A stretch of DNA of 64,000 bases from Longimicrobiales bacterium (GTDB taxonomy: Bacteria; Gemmatimonadota; Gemmatimonadetes; Longimicrobiales; Gaopeijiaceae), in the NCBI GenBank assembly GCA_965202985.1, contig CBDBCF010000001.1, forward strand, positions 1,536,001 through 1,600,000, given 5' to 3'. The notes beneath the pieces are model-generated. The model ran no database searches, was not told the origin of the DNA, and worked only from the letters and a program-made list of their open reading frames with translations. Both the position numbers and the translations under genes were made by a program. Positions 30,050 to 40,044 of this stretch are shown here, one piece after another; positions within the stretch are counted from its first letter, which is position 1; the number at the start of each line of letters is the position of its first letter.

Positions 30050-31241
30050 GCCGGTGTCCTGCCCCAGTCTGCGGGCCGTCTGCCTGACTTGCTGGACTTC
30101 TGCCGCCCTGGCAGCGACCTCGTGCGACCGTGCCACGGACATGAGCGACCGGATCCGAGTCGATACCTTGAGCAGCGGCCGCGTGCTGGTGTCCAACCCG
30201 GACCGGGCCGCAGTTTCCGACAATGCAGTTGCGCGACTGATCGAAGACCTGCGCATCGGGCACGCTGTTGGCGAGCGCTCGGACGCGCCGGATGTCTTCG
30301 GCTCGATCATCGCCCTTGCGGCAGACGACGCCGGCAGAATCTACGTGGCCGACCACCAGTCGAACGACATTCGCGTCTTTGATGCGACGGGCAGTTCTGT
30401 TGGGCGGATCGGGCGAAAAGGGGAAGGTCCGGGGGAGTTTCGGTTTCTCGCCGGAGTCGCATGGCAACGGGAAGACGGAATCCTCTGGGCGATGGATCCG
30501 GTCCGCCATCGCCTGATCGCCTTCGATTCGACCGGCGCGTTGTTGCACGAAAACCGACATGGCGACTTCACGTTTGCCACCATACCCTGGACCGGCAAGA
30601 CCGACGCGAACCGATTTCTGTTCGACGAGAGGCGGAAGGACATGCTTGTGAGGCACCGAACCCTGCCAACAGGAGAGGTCGTGGCCTCGGATACGTTGCG
30701 ACTGCCGCCAGTCGAGACGAACACCTATGCGACGGAGTCGGAGGGCGTGACGGCGCTGAGCTCCGTGCCGATGTCGCCATACCGAGTCTGGACAGCGGCG
30801 CCTGACGGCAATGCGTGGTTAGCCGTCACTTCCTCCTACGAGATGCACGAGGTCACGTTTGCGGGCGACACCGTTCGTACCGTGAAGCTGCTGCGATCAG
30901 CCTCTCCTCTTGAAGGGGAAGAGCGAGACAGCATAGCAGCGGCCAGTCGGATTCCCGCGCGGAGACTGCCCAGGCGCAAGCCGGTCTTCCGGTCCCTGAA
31001 TTCCGGGCCGGACGGACAGCTGTGGGTCGAGGTGGGCGCCGGAGAAGTTGCGCGGCGCTGGGACGTCTTTGATCGGTCCGGGTACTATCTGGGCAGAGTC
31101 GAGTCGCCGGTTGGTCTTCAACGCTCCACGGCACGACTGGTCGTCGGCGCTGGCGTCGTGATCGGAGTCGTCGAGGACGAAGTCGGAGTCCAGTACGTCG
31201 TCCGCTTCCGCGTACCGGAGCGGTTCGGCCCGGAATCCTAG
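30030..31241 (+). CDS. 6-bladed beta-propeller lipoprotein
   Basis: AATSC lipobox, DTLSSGRVLVSN, GRIYVAD, IGRKGEGPGEF, EDEVGVQYVVRF; start approximate. Confidence 0.8.
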   Translation: MSKNLSKPVSCPSLRAVCLTCWTSAALAATSCDRATDMSDRIRVDTLSSGRVLVSNPDRAAVSDNAVARLIEDLRIGHAVGERSDAPDVFGSIIALAADDAGRIYVADHQSNDIRVFDATGSSVGRIGRKGEGPGEFRFLAGVAWQREDGILWAMDPVRHRLIAFDSTGALLHENRHGDFTFATIPWTGKTDANRFLFDERRKDMLVRHRTLPTGEVVASDTLRLPPVETNTYATESEGVTALSSVPMSPYRVWTAAPDGNAWLAVTSSYEMHEVTFAGDTVRTVKLLRSASPLEGEERDSIAAASRIPARRLPRRKPVFRSLNSGPDGQLWVEVGAGEVARRWDVFDRSGYYLGRVESPVGLQRSTARLVVGAGVVIGVVEDEVGVQYVVRFRVPERFGPES

Positions 31242-34027
31242 CGACCGTCGCCCGGTCCGGCTGTGCGCGGCCGCTCGTCGCCCATCGCTTCCCGCCAGTC
31301 CTCGGCTCGCAACGACGCCAAGTTGGCGAAGAGCCGGTAGGCGCCTGGGACCAGCGCCGGGAACTGCCGAAAGAAGGCCAAGCCCGTGTAGACGTAGAGG
31401 CCGTCGCCCACCGTCGCGACCAGCAGGGCGCCCTGCTTGGGTCGTTCGCCCGGGTCCGCGGTCTCCATGACGGGCACGAAGCGCGCATCCCACTCGCCGA
31501 GAAAGTAGAGGCCCCGTTCTTGGACCCAGCCGTCGAAGTCCGCCGGTCCCACCGCGTTGGGGGTCGTGAAGACGGGGGCTTCGGGCGCGAGAAGGGTTAT
31601 CGGGGCCGTCTCGTCCACGACCCGGTCGTGAGGCCGGTTCATGCGGACGGGGTAGGGCGCGAACCCGCCCTGCGGGTATTCGTACTTGTTGTACTGGACA
31701 ATGACGGTGCCGCCTGAACGGGCGAACGCCAGCACCGCGTCGTTGGCGTCCGCCAGCTCCGGGCGCGTCTCGTAGGCGCGGACGCCCAGCATCAGCACGT
31801 CGTAGTCGCCGAAGCTGCCCTCCCGGACCTGGGCCTCGTCCAGCAGCTCCACCGTCATGCCCATCTGCCGAAGCGCGTCGGCGCCCCCGTCGCCCGAGCC
31901 GACCACGTAGCCCACGCGAACGGTTGCGTCGGCGGTCACGTCGAACGCGGCGACCTGGGCGGTGGAAGGGGCGAACAGGGCGGCACGGCGAATGTGCGGG
32001 TGGTCCACAACGTCGTAGTCCAGGTCGTAGACGACCCCGGAATCGTCGACCGCGACGGCCCGAAGTTCGTGGCGGCGTTCCGAAGCCGCGCCTTCCGAGC
32101 CGACGTCCAAGGGGGCCACCTGGAAGGCGAACGACTCGCTGCCGCCGCCCGGCTTCAGCGAAAACCGCATCGAGTCCGGCTGCGCCCGCCATCCCGACGG
32201 GACCTCCAGGCGCAGCGTCCCCGAGCGAGCGCTCGCCGAAGCGTTGGCCACCAAAACCGCAAACTCGCGAGGACCGGGGTCGGAGACGGGCCAGGCCATG
32301 GTCTCAGGTTGAACGCGAACCGCCAGCGCCGGGACGACCAAGACCGCCTTCCGGTACTCGCCCGAAGCCTTGTCCACGCCCACGAACTCGGCTTCGCGAC
32401 GGACCTCCAGCACCGGGACCGGCGCGAGCGCCGAAGCCTCCGCCTGCCCGCCGGGGGCCTCCACCACCAGCGAAACCGCTGCCGCCACCGGGGCGGGATC
32501 GAAGGGCCGCGCCCACCGTTCGCCGTCCTCCGGCCAGACGTACAGGTCGCCCGTCCGCTCCTGCTCCATGAAGTAGGGCACCGACAGCCGAGCCTCCGGC
32601 GGGACCGCCACCAGCCAGCGCCAGCTTGCAACCTCGCCGGGCGGCACGCGGCCGTCGTCGGGAGTCTCGGACGGCGCGGGCCGGACGAAGGACAAACGCG
32701 GATCGCCCTGGGTCACGGCAGCGGGCGCAGGGGCGACGTCCCAACCTTGCGGGGCCAGCAGGCGCGGCGTCACGTCGCGCAAGGTCCAAGGGCCGCCGTT
32801 CCACACGGTCGCCTCGACGACCACCGATTCGCCGGGAACCCACAGGTCGCGGTCGGCGCGCACCTCCACGACGACGCCCGCCGCGGCCAGCGCCGTCTCC
32901 GACACCTGCGCCATTCGACGCGTCAGGACGCTGCGAGCGGCTCCGGGCGGGGCGCCCTCGACGACTTCGCCCAAGACCGCCGCGCCCCGCAGCAACGGCG
33001 CCACCACACCGTCGCTGGAAAAGCCGCCCAACGCCTGCCGCGCCCCCGCGACCGCGTCCCGATACGCCCCCAACCGATCCCGCGCTCCGGCCGCCCACGA
33101 CCCCGGCGCCGGGTCCGGCAACTGCCCCGCCAAGGTCGTGTCCACGCCCGCAAAGATGCCGTCGTCGGCGTGGCGGCGGCCGCCGCCCCCTTCCGCCGGC
33201 CGAGACGCCAGCAGCTCCAGCGGACTGTCCCAAGCGCCCATGTACTGGCCCGCGCCCATGTCCTGGGATCGGTGCCGGCTCCGGCTCTCCATGGCCAGTT
33301 GGAAGTGGGAGCGCCCCAAGACGGGGTCGAACTGCCCCGTGGCCACGCGCACCGTCGCGTCGTCCGGCGAAAAGCGCACCGACCGGTACAGCTTTGCGGG
33401 CGCCCACGGCTCCACGCCCTGCGATGCCAGCTCCGGGAAGCGGCTCGGGTCGCCGGCGGCTTCGAACGCCTCCCTGGCGGCCAGTCCGGCGATCTGGTGT
33501 TGGCCGTGCCCGTCCCGGCGCGTTCCCGAGAAGACGGTGACGATCACGTGGGGGCGAAACTGCCGCACCACGAACACCACGTCCCGGACCACTTCGTCCA
33601 TGGGCCAATGGGCCACAGCTTCGTCCAGCGACTTGGAGTACCCGAAGTCGAACGTCCGCGCGAAGAACTGCTCGCCGCCGTCCAGCGCCCGCGCCGCCAG
33701 CAGCTCGCCCGTGCGCACGATCCCCAGCCCTTCGTGAAGCCGCGGCCCGATCAGGTTCTGCCCCCCTTCCCCGCGACTCAGGGACAGATACGCCGTCTCG
33801 GCGCCCGCCCCGCGAGCCAGCGCCGCGAGCAAGCTCGTATCCTCGTCGTCGGGGTGCGCCGCGATCATGAGCACCCGCTTCACGCCGTCGAGCTGCCGAA
33901 GCCGAAGCGCCGTGGCCGCGACTCCGTGCCCCTGCTGGACCGAGGCCGCCATGGCGACGGCGTGCGCCTCGGCGACGGTACCCAGCAACGCCGCTGCCGC
34001 AAGAAAGCCGGCTCTCGCGATCCTCAT
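31238..34027 (-). CDS. PIG-L/LmbE family deacetylase with NEW3-like and GATase-like C-terminal domains
   Basis: Signal peptide; AAHPDDED, RGEGGQN, DFGYSK, HGQHQ; GWVQERGLYF. Confidence 0.88.
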   Translation of the reverse strand: MRIARAGFLAAAALLGTVAEAHAVAMAASVQQGHGVAATALRLRQLDGVKRVLMIAAHPDDEDTSLLAALARGAGAETAYLSLSRGEGGQNLIGPRLHEGLGIVRTGELLAARALDGGEQFFARTFDFGYSKSLDEAVAHWPMDEVVRDVVFVVRQFRPHVIVTVFSGTRRDGHGQHQIAGLAAREAFEAAGDPSRFPELASQGVEPWAPAKLYRSVRFSPDDATVRVATGQFDPVLGRSHFQLAMESRSRHRSQDMGAGQYMGAWDSPLELLASRPAEGGGGRRHADDGIFAGVDTTLAGQLPDPAPGSWAAGARDRLGAYRDAVAGARQALGGFSSDGVVAPLLRGAAVLGEVVEGAPPGAARSVLTRRMAQVSETALAAAGVVVEVRADRDLWVPGESVVVEATVWNGGPWTLRDVTPRLLAPQGWDVAPAPAAVTQGDPRLSFVRPAPSETPDDGRVPPGEVASWRWLVAVPPEARLSVPYFMEQERTGDLYVWPEDGERWARPFDPAPVAAAVSLVVEAPGGQAEASALAPVPVLEVRREAEFVGVDKASGEYRKAVLVVPALAVRVQPETMAWPVSDPGPREFAVLVANASASARSGTLRLEVPSGWRAQPDSMRFSLKPGGGSESFAFQVAPLDVGSEGAASERRHELRAVAVDDSGVVYDLDYDVVDHPHIRRAALFAPSTAQVAAFDVTADATVRVGYVVGSGDGGADALRQMGMTVELLDEAQVREGSFGDYDVLMLGVRAYETRPELADANDAVLAFARSGGTVIVQYNKYEYPQGGFAPYPVRMNRPHDRVVDETAPITLLAPEAPVFTTPNAVGPADFDGWVQERGLYFLGEWDARFVPVMETADPGERPKQGALLVATVGDGLYVYTGLAFFRQFPALVPGAYRLFANLASLRAEDWREAMGDERPRTAGPGDGR

Positions 34028-34227
34028 GCGCTCAGCTCCTGGACCCTGGTGGATGGTGGCTGCGACGGGAGGAAGCGTCGCTTCCCAAGTGGTCCGAGTC
34101 AACGCCCGCTCCGACCGGCGGGAACTTTTTCGGGGTTGCTGGAGTATCCACGTCACAACCCCGAGCGCGGGCTCGCCGCCGACGAGCGGGCCGCGGCGGT
34201 TGGGAACCCAATTCGCAAGGAGCAATC

Positions 34228-34722
34228 ATGAGAGCAGCAACCTCCATCAGAGCGGCCGTCGCCGTGCTGGCGCTGGCCTTCGCGGCCGTCGCCTGCCAGG
34301 ACGACGCCACGCCCACCAAGCTCGTGGACGAGACCCGCGAGACCACCGAGACCACCAGCGTCAACCCGTGGACGGCGATCTTCGCGGCCGTCGAGTCGCG
34401 GGGCGGCCCCGTCCAGATCAGCTTCGCCGGCGGGGACGAGTCGTACCGGCTCCAAGAGCTGGACGGACGGTGGCGGCCCGAGAACGACATCCTGGGGACC
34501 GCGGCCGTCTGCGCGATCGACGACGCGACGAACCGTCGCGAGCTGGACGCCTTCCGGCAGTGCATGTCCCAGATGCTTCGGCAGGACGCCTGCCGGAGCG
34601 GAGGGGTCTTCGTCCTCTACCGGCCGGACGCAGCGCCAAGGGGCTGGCTGGCAGCGTGCCCCGTCGAGCGGGAAGAGGACGACGAACGGGAGGACGAGTC
34701 TCGGGAGAACGACCCGGCCTGA
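34228..34722 (+). CDS. Hypothetical lipoprotein
   Basis: AAGGAG RBS; AAVAC lipobox; 3' end duplicated at 43166-43342. Confidence 0.75.
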   Translation: MRAATSIRAAVAVLALAFAAVACQDDATPTKLVDETRETTETTSVNPWTAIFAAVESRGGPVQISFAGGDESYRLQELDGRWRPENDILGTAAVCAIDDATNRRELDAFRQCMSQMLRQDACRSGGVFVLYRPDAAPRGWLAACPVEREEDDEREDESRENDPA

Positions 34723-34823
34723 ATGCTGGGCTGGCGACCGGCCAGTGGCTTGTTGTCCGAGTGCTGGCCGGTCGCTGCTCGGGGGGGCGTCGTCTCCGGG
34801 ACCTTCTATGGGGCCACGCCTAG

Positions 34824-36352
34824 CAGCCCGTGGATAAACGGGTTTGGCGCGTGCGCGACGGAACTTGGCGGGACACGGGCGTTTACCGGGCTCTCGACGG
34901 CGCGAACGCGCGGAATTCGCGGAATTGGGCTTGAAGCGGCCCCAAGAGGCGCTCGAGCGGCCCGGGAGCGGCCAATGGGCGGCAAAATCGGTGCAAACCG
35001 GAGGATGCGGCGCCCGTCGCGCAGGAATCGAGCACAGCTTGCGCTGCGGCGGGGCGGCCCTGCAGGCCCCGTGGCGTGCCGACGCCGAAGCGTCTTCGCA
35101 TGAGCAGCCCGAGGTTGAAGGCGGCGACGTGGATCAGCATCCGCTTGCGGATGTCCTCGTGGCCGCGAACGTGCACGCGGCGAAGCCCGCCCGTCCCCAG
35201 CAGGTGCGCGAACGAGCGCTCGAGCTTCTCGCCCCGCATCCTCAGCAGCGCCTTGCCGCGCTCACCCCGAATCCGCCGCCGGTTCGCGTAGACCGGCTTC
35301 TGGGCTTCCTTGCTCTGCTTCCAGCTCCGCCGACCGCGCGCGGGCTCGCTCACGTAGCCGCGCAGCCCCCGGTCCTCCAACTCCGTCATCGTCTTGTTCG
35401 AGTGGTAGCCCTTGTCGCACACCACTTCCGCCGCACCAGCACCCAGCTCCGCCAGCCGCCGCTCCGCCTCGTCCAGCGTCTCCGTCAGCGACGCCGCGTC
35501 GCCCCCGTCCGTCGTCTGCACCGTCACGCCCACCACCGCGCCCGACTCCAGGTCCACCGCCTGCTCCAGCTTGTGCCCCAGCCGCGTGCGCCCGTCCTTC
35601 ATCTTCGTGATCCGCGCCTCCGGGTCCCCCGGATGCACCCACTCCGCGTTCGACCCCTTCTTCGGACGCCTCCGGTCCAGCTTCGCCAACTCCGCGCGCG
35701 TCGGCGTCTCGATCCCCGACGCCCGCGCCAGCTCCCGCAGCCACGCCTCGTAGCCCGTGCCCGCGTCCCGACGCACGATCGAGCGCATCGCCGCGTTCGC
35801 CTCCAAAGTCGTCGAGTCCACGCCCAGCGTCCCGCCCCCCAGCAGCCCCGAGTCGTCCACCAGCCGCAGCACGCGCGCGAACACCGCGACGTGCGCCTCC
35901 ACGCTCAGCCGCTTGCGCGTCTTCGACAGGCTCGAATGGTCCGGCGGGTTCCTCGTCAGCTCGTACCCCAGGAACGCCCGCACCGAAAACGAGTCCCTGC
36001 ACCGCCAGGCGATGCCCCGCTCCGACGAGATGCCCTCCAAGTACCCCACCATCAGCGCCCGGAAGTACACACTCGGAGGAACTCCCGGCCGACCCACGTT
36101 GCCCGCGTAGAACTCGGCGCACGCCTCCTCCGCGAACTCGTCGAAGCCGTCCTCCCGCAACAGCTTGTCCAGCGCGCGGTAGAACGGATGCTCGGTCACG
36201 CTGATCTCGCTGGTCGCCACGAACAGCGCCTCCTGGCGCACGCTCGGACGCTTGCCCAACGCCATCGCCGTCCTCCTTCCAGGGAATCGTCGCCTCCCTC
36301 CAATCTAACCCCTATCCCCAACGCCGACCGGAAGGACTTTATCCACGGGCTG
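34824..36352 (-). mobile_element. Complete IS1182/IS5-like insertion sequence
   Basis: Perfect terminal IRs CAGCCCGTGGATAAA / TTTATCCACGGGCTG flanked by a CTAG duplication (34820-34823, 36353-36356). Confidence 0.9.
34883..36265 (-). CDS. DDE transposase (DUF772 plus DDE_Tnp_1 type)
   Basis: GRPGVPP..SERGI..PDHSSLS..VDSTTLEANA..DPEAR..CDKGY..ERSFAH. Confidence 0.92.
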   Translation of the reverse strand: MALGKRPSVRQEALFVATSEISVTEHPFYRALDKLLREDGFDEFAEEACAEFYAGNVGRPGVPPSVYFRALMVGYLEGISSERGIAWRCRDSFSVRAFLGYELTRNPPDHSSLSKTRKRLSVEAHVAVFARVLRLVDDSGLLGGGTLGVDSTTLEANAAMRSIVRRDAGTGYEAWLRELARASGIETPTRAELAKLDRRRPKKGSNAEWVHPGDPEARITKMKDGRTRLGHKLEQAVDLESGAVVGVTVQTTDGGDAASLTETLDEAERRLAELGAGAAEVVCDKGYHSNKTMTELEDRGLRGYVSEPARGRRSWKQSKEAQKPVYANRRRIRGERGKALLRMRGEKLERSFAHLLGTGGLRRVHVRGHEDIRKRMLIHVAAFNLGLLMRRRFGVGTPRGLQGRPAAAQAVLDSCATGAASSGLHRFCRPLAAPGPLERLLGPLQAQFREFRAFAPSRAR

Positions 36353-36414
36353 CTAGGCCAGGTTGGTTCTCATCAGCATGTTCAGTTTCTTGGGCTGTTA
36401 GGGTTGAGCCGACT

Positions 36415-37386
36415 CTACCTGCTGGATGGCGTGGAATCGACGTGTGGCAGCATTTCTCGCCGCCGGGGTAGTCTGGAATGGTTGTTCAAATCCGTACCTG
36501 CCTTAATGATTTTTTGCCACAAGAATTCGCACACGTTGTTGTGGATATTTCGAGACATTGCCATCATTGCAGTTCTGGTTTCTACGTCGCTGAGGCTGGG
36601 GTGTTGGTAACAGTTTCGCAGGTGTCTCGCCGCATCATACCACGACCCCCAATCATACCGTTTCAACATCAATCTGTCCTTGTTCTTCTCTAGCCACAGG
36701 GCTACTTCTTTTGGGATGTTCAAATTGAATTCCTTTGTGTGTTTGCGCATGAGCTTGTGTTGATTGACATTATCGTTTGGCCAATCGCTATCGACAGCGG
36801 CAACGACATGTTGGAATATTCTGAACGCTTCGCTTACGGTCGCGTCATATTCGGGTATGTCTCTCAATCGCATCCAGTCTAACACACTACGCCTAAGGTT
36901 CTTGTGGTTTTGCAAAGCGTTGCAGAAAGCAGGAAAGTACTTCTCTGGATTGTCGGGGTTGCTCATGTACTTTCGGAATCCGTGATCGAGATCACCGACA
37001 TTATCCAGCTTCGGACCGGACGAATCGGCGGAGCGTTTGTATACCGTATTGCTGTGGTCGTAATTCTTGCCGCTAATGCGTTTGCCGCTATGTACAAGTA
37101 ACAATCGTATCGCCACAGGAGTCAATTGGACGGCAGTCAAATACAGTTCAACTCTAGTCACGAACACTTCTGGATCCTGCACCGGACCCGATACGACACC
37201 GTGAGTAACAGCAGGCGATGACATCATTTGGCATATCCACTCCCTATGAATAAGTTCTATGTCTTCAGTTTGTCCTTCGACAACGATGTCGTATTTGGGA
37301 TACCATATGTCAACCTCATGGTGACATGGCGCGTCGTATTTGTCCCAAGAAAAGAGGCCTGGTGAGCGCAACGGTCGCTCTGTCAT
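36415..37386 (-). CDS. Hypothetical protein with C-terminal HEPN, KEN (IRE1/RNase L)-like RNase domain
   Basis: AT-rich ORF coupled (ATGA) to the upstream gene; YDWGSWYDAARHLRNCYQH contains RNxxxH. Confidence 0.65.
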   Translation of the reverse strand: MTERPLRSPGLFSWDKYDAPCHHEVDIWYPKYDIVVEGQTEDIELIHREWICQMMSSPAVTHGVVSGPVQDPEVFVTRVELYLTAVQLTPVAIRLLLVHSGKRISGKNYDHSNTVYKRSADSSGPKLDNVGDLDHGFRKYMSNPDNPEKYFPAFCNALQNHKNLRRSVLDWMRLRDIPEYDATVSEAFRIFQHVVAAVDSDWPNDNVNQHKLMRKHTKEFNLNIPKEVALWLEKNKDRLMLKRYDWGSWYDAARHLRNCYQHPSLSDVETRTAMMAMSRNIHNNVCEFLWQKIIKAGTDLNNHSRLPRRREMLPHVDSTPSSR

Positions 37387-38450
37387 CGCTTGATCGACAA
37401 ACGACCGACAGACGGGCCATCGTAGTCGCGGTAGCGTGCGTCGCGCTCGTCGACGACGCGATCGATGCCGTCAACACGGCGGATCATGTCCTTGGCCACC
37501 TCGCCGCGTACGGACGGTACGGAAGCAACGGTCGTAATGTCTACGGGAGAATCAGAACTAGAAGGATCGAGCTTCGGTATATCTAGGTGGGAAATCGCAT
37601 TATGCGACGTGCCGGTGAGCGAACCATAAACTTCGGATGCCAACAATATCACAAGATTAGCTGTGAGGTTTCGCATTGGGCGAAATCCAAGGACTGTCCT
37701 GAAATATTCTTTACGCGAGTTGAATGTGAGCGGTCGGACAAAGAACTCTCCCGATGGCAGCTTCTCGGCGATGAGCTGATGCGGATGTTGTTCGGGATTG
37801 GGCGAGTGTATCCCGATGTTTCTATACCATCTGACGACTTCGGCATTAGTGATCGTTATCGATGCCGGCTGGCGCAATGGTAGTGGAGGCAATGATACAC
37901 CATCGCGTTTGGCCCGGTCGCTCAGATAACGGTGGTAGGACTCCTCTAACGAACGATCCAACATGTGCTTGGTATCGATTTTCAAGAGTTGATGATCCTT
38001 CCAGTCCCAAAGCTTGGTGGTCGTATTCGAAAAAAGATCGCGGTGCGTCATATACAATCTATAGATATCATCATCTTCAAGGATATGGGACACGCCAGGA
38101 ATGGACGAAAACCGTAACGCGCGCGTGTCTGCACTAATATAGTTGAGCGAAGAGGATTTTTCTATTGTTCGGTCTATATTGTTGCCTCTTTTTTTCCAGG
38201 AATCCTTGTCCACGGTGAAACCGAGCCCTATCGTCATGTCGTATGTAGATATGGACCATGGCTTTGGGCAACGAACCTTGCGAATGTCTATCGCGCCTAC
38301 GGACCCTTTACTAAGCAGGGTACAGAGCTTGACGGCCAAAGTACTGGCAAGGCGCAAAACATCGATGTTGAACAACTTGCCCGATGGTTCCGCTTTGGCC
38401 AGACGGAATGCCGCGTCCATTTCGGAAGCGAAATCAGCTTTCGGACCCAT
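37383..38450 (-). CDS. Hypothetical protein with putative HEPN RNxxxH motif
   Basis: AAGGAG RBS; EVVRWYRNIGIHSP; AT-rich. Confidence 0.6.
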   Translation of the reverse strand: MGPKADFASEMDAAFRLAKAEPSGKLFNIDVLRLASTLAVKLCTLLSKGSVGAIDIRKVRCPKPWSISTYDMTIGLGFTVDKDSWKKRGNNIDRTIEKSSSLNYISADTRALRFSSIPGVSHILEDDDIYRLYMTHRDLFSNTTTKLWDWKDHQLLKIDTKHMLDRSLEESYHRYLSDRAKRDGVSLPPLPLRQPASITITNAEVVRWYRNIGIHSPNPEQHPHQLIAEKLPSGEFFVRPLTFNSRKEYFRTVLGFRPMRNLTANLVILLASEVYGSLTGTSHNAISHLDIPKLDPSSSDSPVDITTVASVPSVRGEVAKDMIRRVDGIDRVVDERDARYRDYDGPSVGRLSIKR

Positions 38451-38515
38451 ATGCTGTTCTCCTTGCTGGGTGTTGGTTCTTCACGGATTCTTCCTACAAC
38501 ATTCGGTTCTACGTG

Positions 38516-38818
38516 TTAGTGAGGGTGGTCGAACGGCGTTGGTGGCCCGAGTAGCCATGTCGTCGAGCGAGTCGAACTGCCTGCCGTCGAACTGATGGTA
38601 CGCGATCCACGCGGCAGAACGCGAGCAGGTGTGGCTTCTATGCCTATCGGAGAGTAGAGCATCTTGCCCTTCATGCGCTGTTCTTGCGACATCTTGGTGC
38701 GACGATCGCGCGCCTCCACGGATGCAAGGATGCTCTCGATTTCGGTCAGCAGCTCGGGGCGATGAACCATCATCCATTCCAGGCCGTTCAGATGGGAGTA
38801 TCGCTCGACGATGCGCAC
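38516..38818 (-). pseudogene. BglII/BstYI-like restriction endonuclease remnant
   Basis: VRIVERYSHLNGLEW..KGKMLYSPI resembles the family N-terminus; the nuclease core is absent. Confidence 0.7.
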
Positions 38819-38820
38819 GA

Positions 38821-39699
38821 CTAATGACCTCCTCCGGCCAAGGAGGGATCGTATATCGGTTTGTGCATGGGACGGGTGCGCAGCACGCCCGCATCCAAGT
38901 CGCGAACGCGCCGACGGGCGACCTCGACGTACTCGGCGACCACGTCGCAGCCGAAGGCGGCGCGTCCGTGCTTCCGAGCAGCCACCACCGACGACCCGAC
39001 GCCCATGTAGGGGTCCAGGACAGCGTCGCCCTGCTCGGTCATGGACAAGACCAGCCTCTCCACGAGTTCGACGGGAAACTGGCACGGATGCGTCGTCTTT
39101 TCGACATGGTTGCCCTTTACGTTCGGGATGTCCCAGACGTCCGAGGGGTTCTTTCCCAACGGATTGCCCGACCGCTTTCCCCTGTTCGGTCCCTTGAAGT
39201 ACTTCTTGCCCGGATACTTCGAGGGGACCCGAACCGGATCGACGTTGAAGTAGTAATCGTCCGACTTCGTGAACCACAATATCGTCTCGTATCGTCCAGA
39301 AAACCGCTTTGTGCAGTGCAGTCCGTGGCCGAAGTGCCAGACGATCCGATTGCGCAGCCGCAGCCCATGGGACTTGAACGCATCGTACAGCACAATGTCC
39401 AAGGGGAACACCTCGCGGCCGCGTACGTGATTGCCCACCTGCCAACAGAGCGACCCTCGCGAATCAAGAACCCGCACGCATTCGGCGATCGTCGCCGCTT
39501 GCTCCTCCAAGTAGCGGTCGAGGCTCGTGCGCGTCTCGTACGACTTCCCGATGTTGTAGGGCGGCGAGGTGACAACCAGGTGCATCGACTCGTTGGGCAG
39601 CGCCGCGAGGAAGTCCAAGTTGTCGGCGCACTCGATCTCCATGGCGAGGCTGGGATCCGGGCCGTTTGCGATTTCGGTGCCGAGAAGGAACTGGGTCAA
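38821..39699 (-). CDS. Site-specific DNA methyltransferase, N4-C/N6-A beta class
   Basis: VTSPPYNIGK (motif IV) precedes HPCQFP and LDPYMGVGS (motif I). Confidence 0.93.
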   Translation of the reverse strand: MTQFLLGTEIANGPDPSLAMEIECADNLDFLAALPNESMHLVVTSPPYNIGKSYETRTSLDRYLEEQAATIAECVRVLDSRGSLCWQVGNHVRGREVFPLDIVLYDAFKSHGLRLRNRIVWHFGHGLHCTKRFSGRYETILWFTKSDDYYFNVDPVRVPSKYPGKKYFKGPNRGKRSGNPLGKNPSDVWDIPNVKGNHVEKTTHPCQFPVELVERLVLSMTEQGDAVLDPYMGVGSSVVAARKHGRAAFGCDVVAEYVEVARRRVRDLDAGVLRTRPMHKPIYDPSLAGGGH

Positions 39700-40044
39700 C
39701 CGTCTCTCTCCGGGTTGGGACGCCGTGCGACGCCGGGAGCACGCGGGCGAACGCTACCGACGGGCCGGCGGCGAGTCAAGGCAGCCGGGCGGGCGCGGCA
39801 CGGGTTGCGTCGGCCGGCATGGCCTGCGTATGGTGGGTTTGGGGACGCGACATGGCGCTGACGGTGCGATGAGCCGTCGGGCGAAGTGCCCTGATGCGGA
39901 CTCCCAAGCGGAATCCGGCTACTCGTCCACGGAGATGATGCCCATGCGCAGGAGCACTTGGTACAGGTATTGGCGAGCACGGCGGCGTTCGCGGCCGTGC
40001 GTATCCGCGCTCATGACCCTGTGCTTGTTGTCGCCAGCGGCGTG

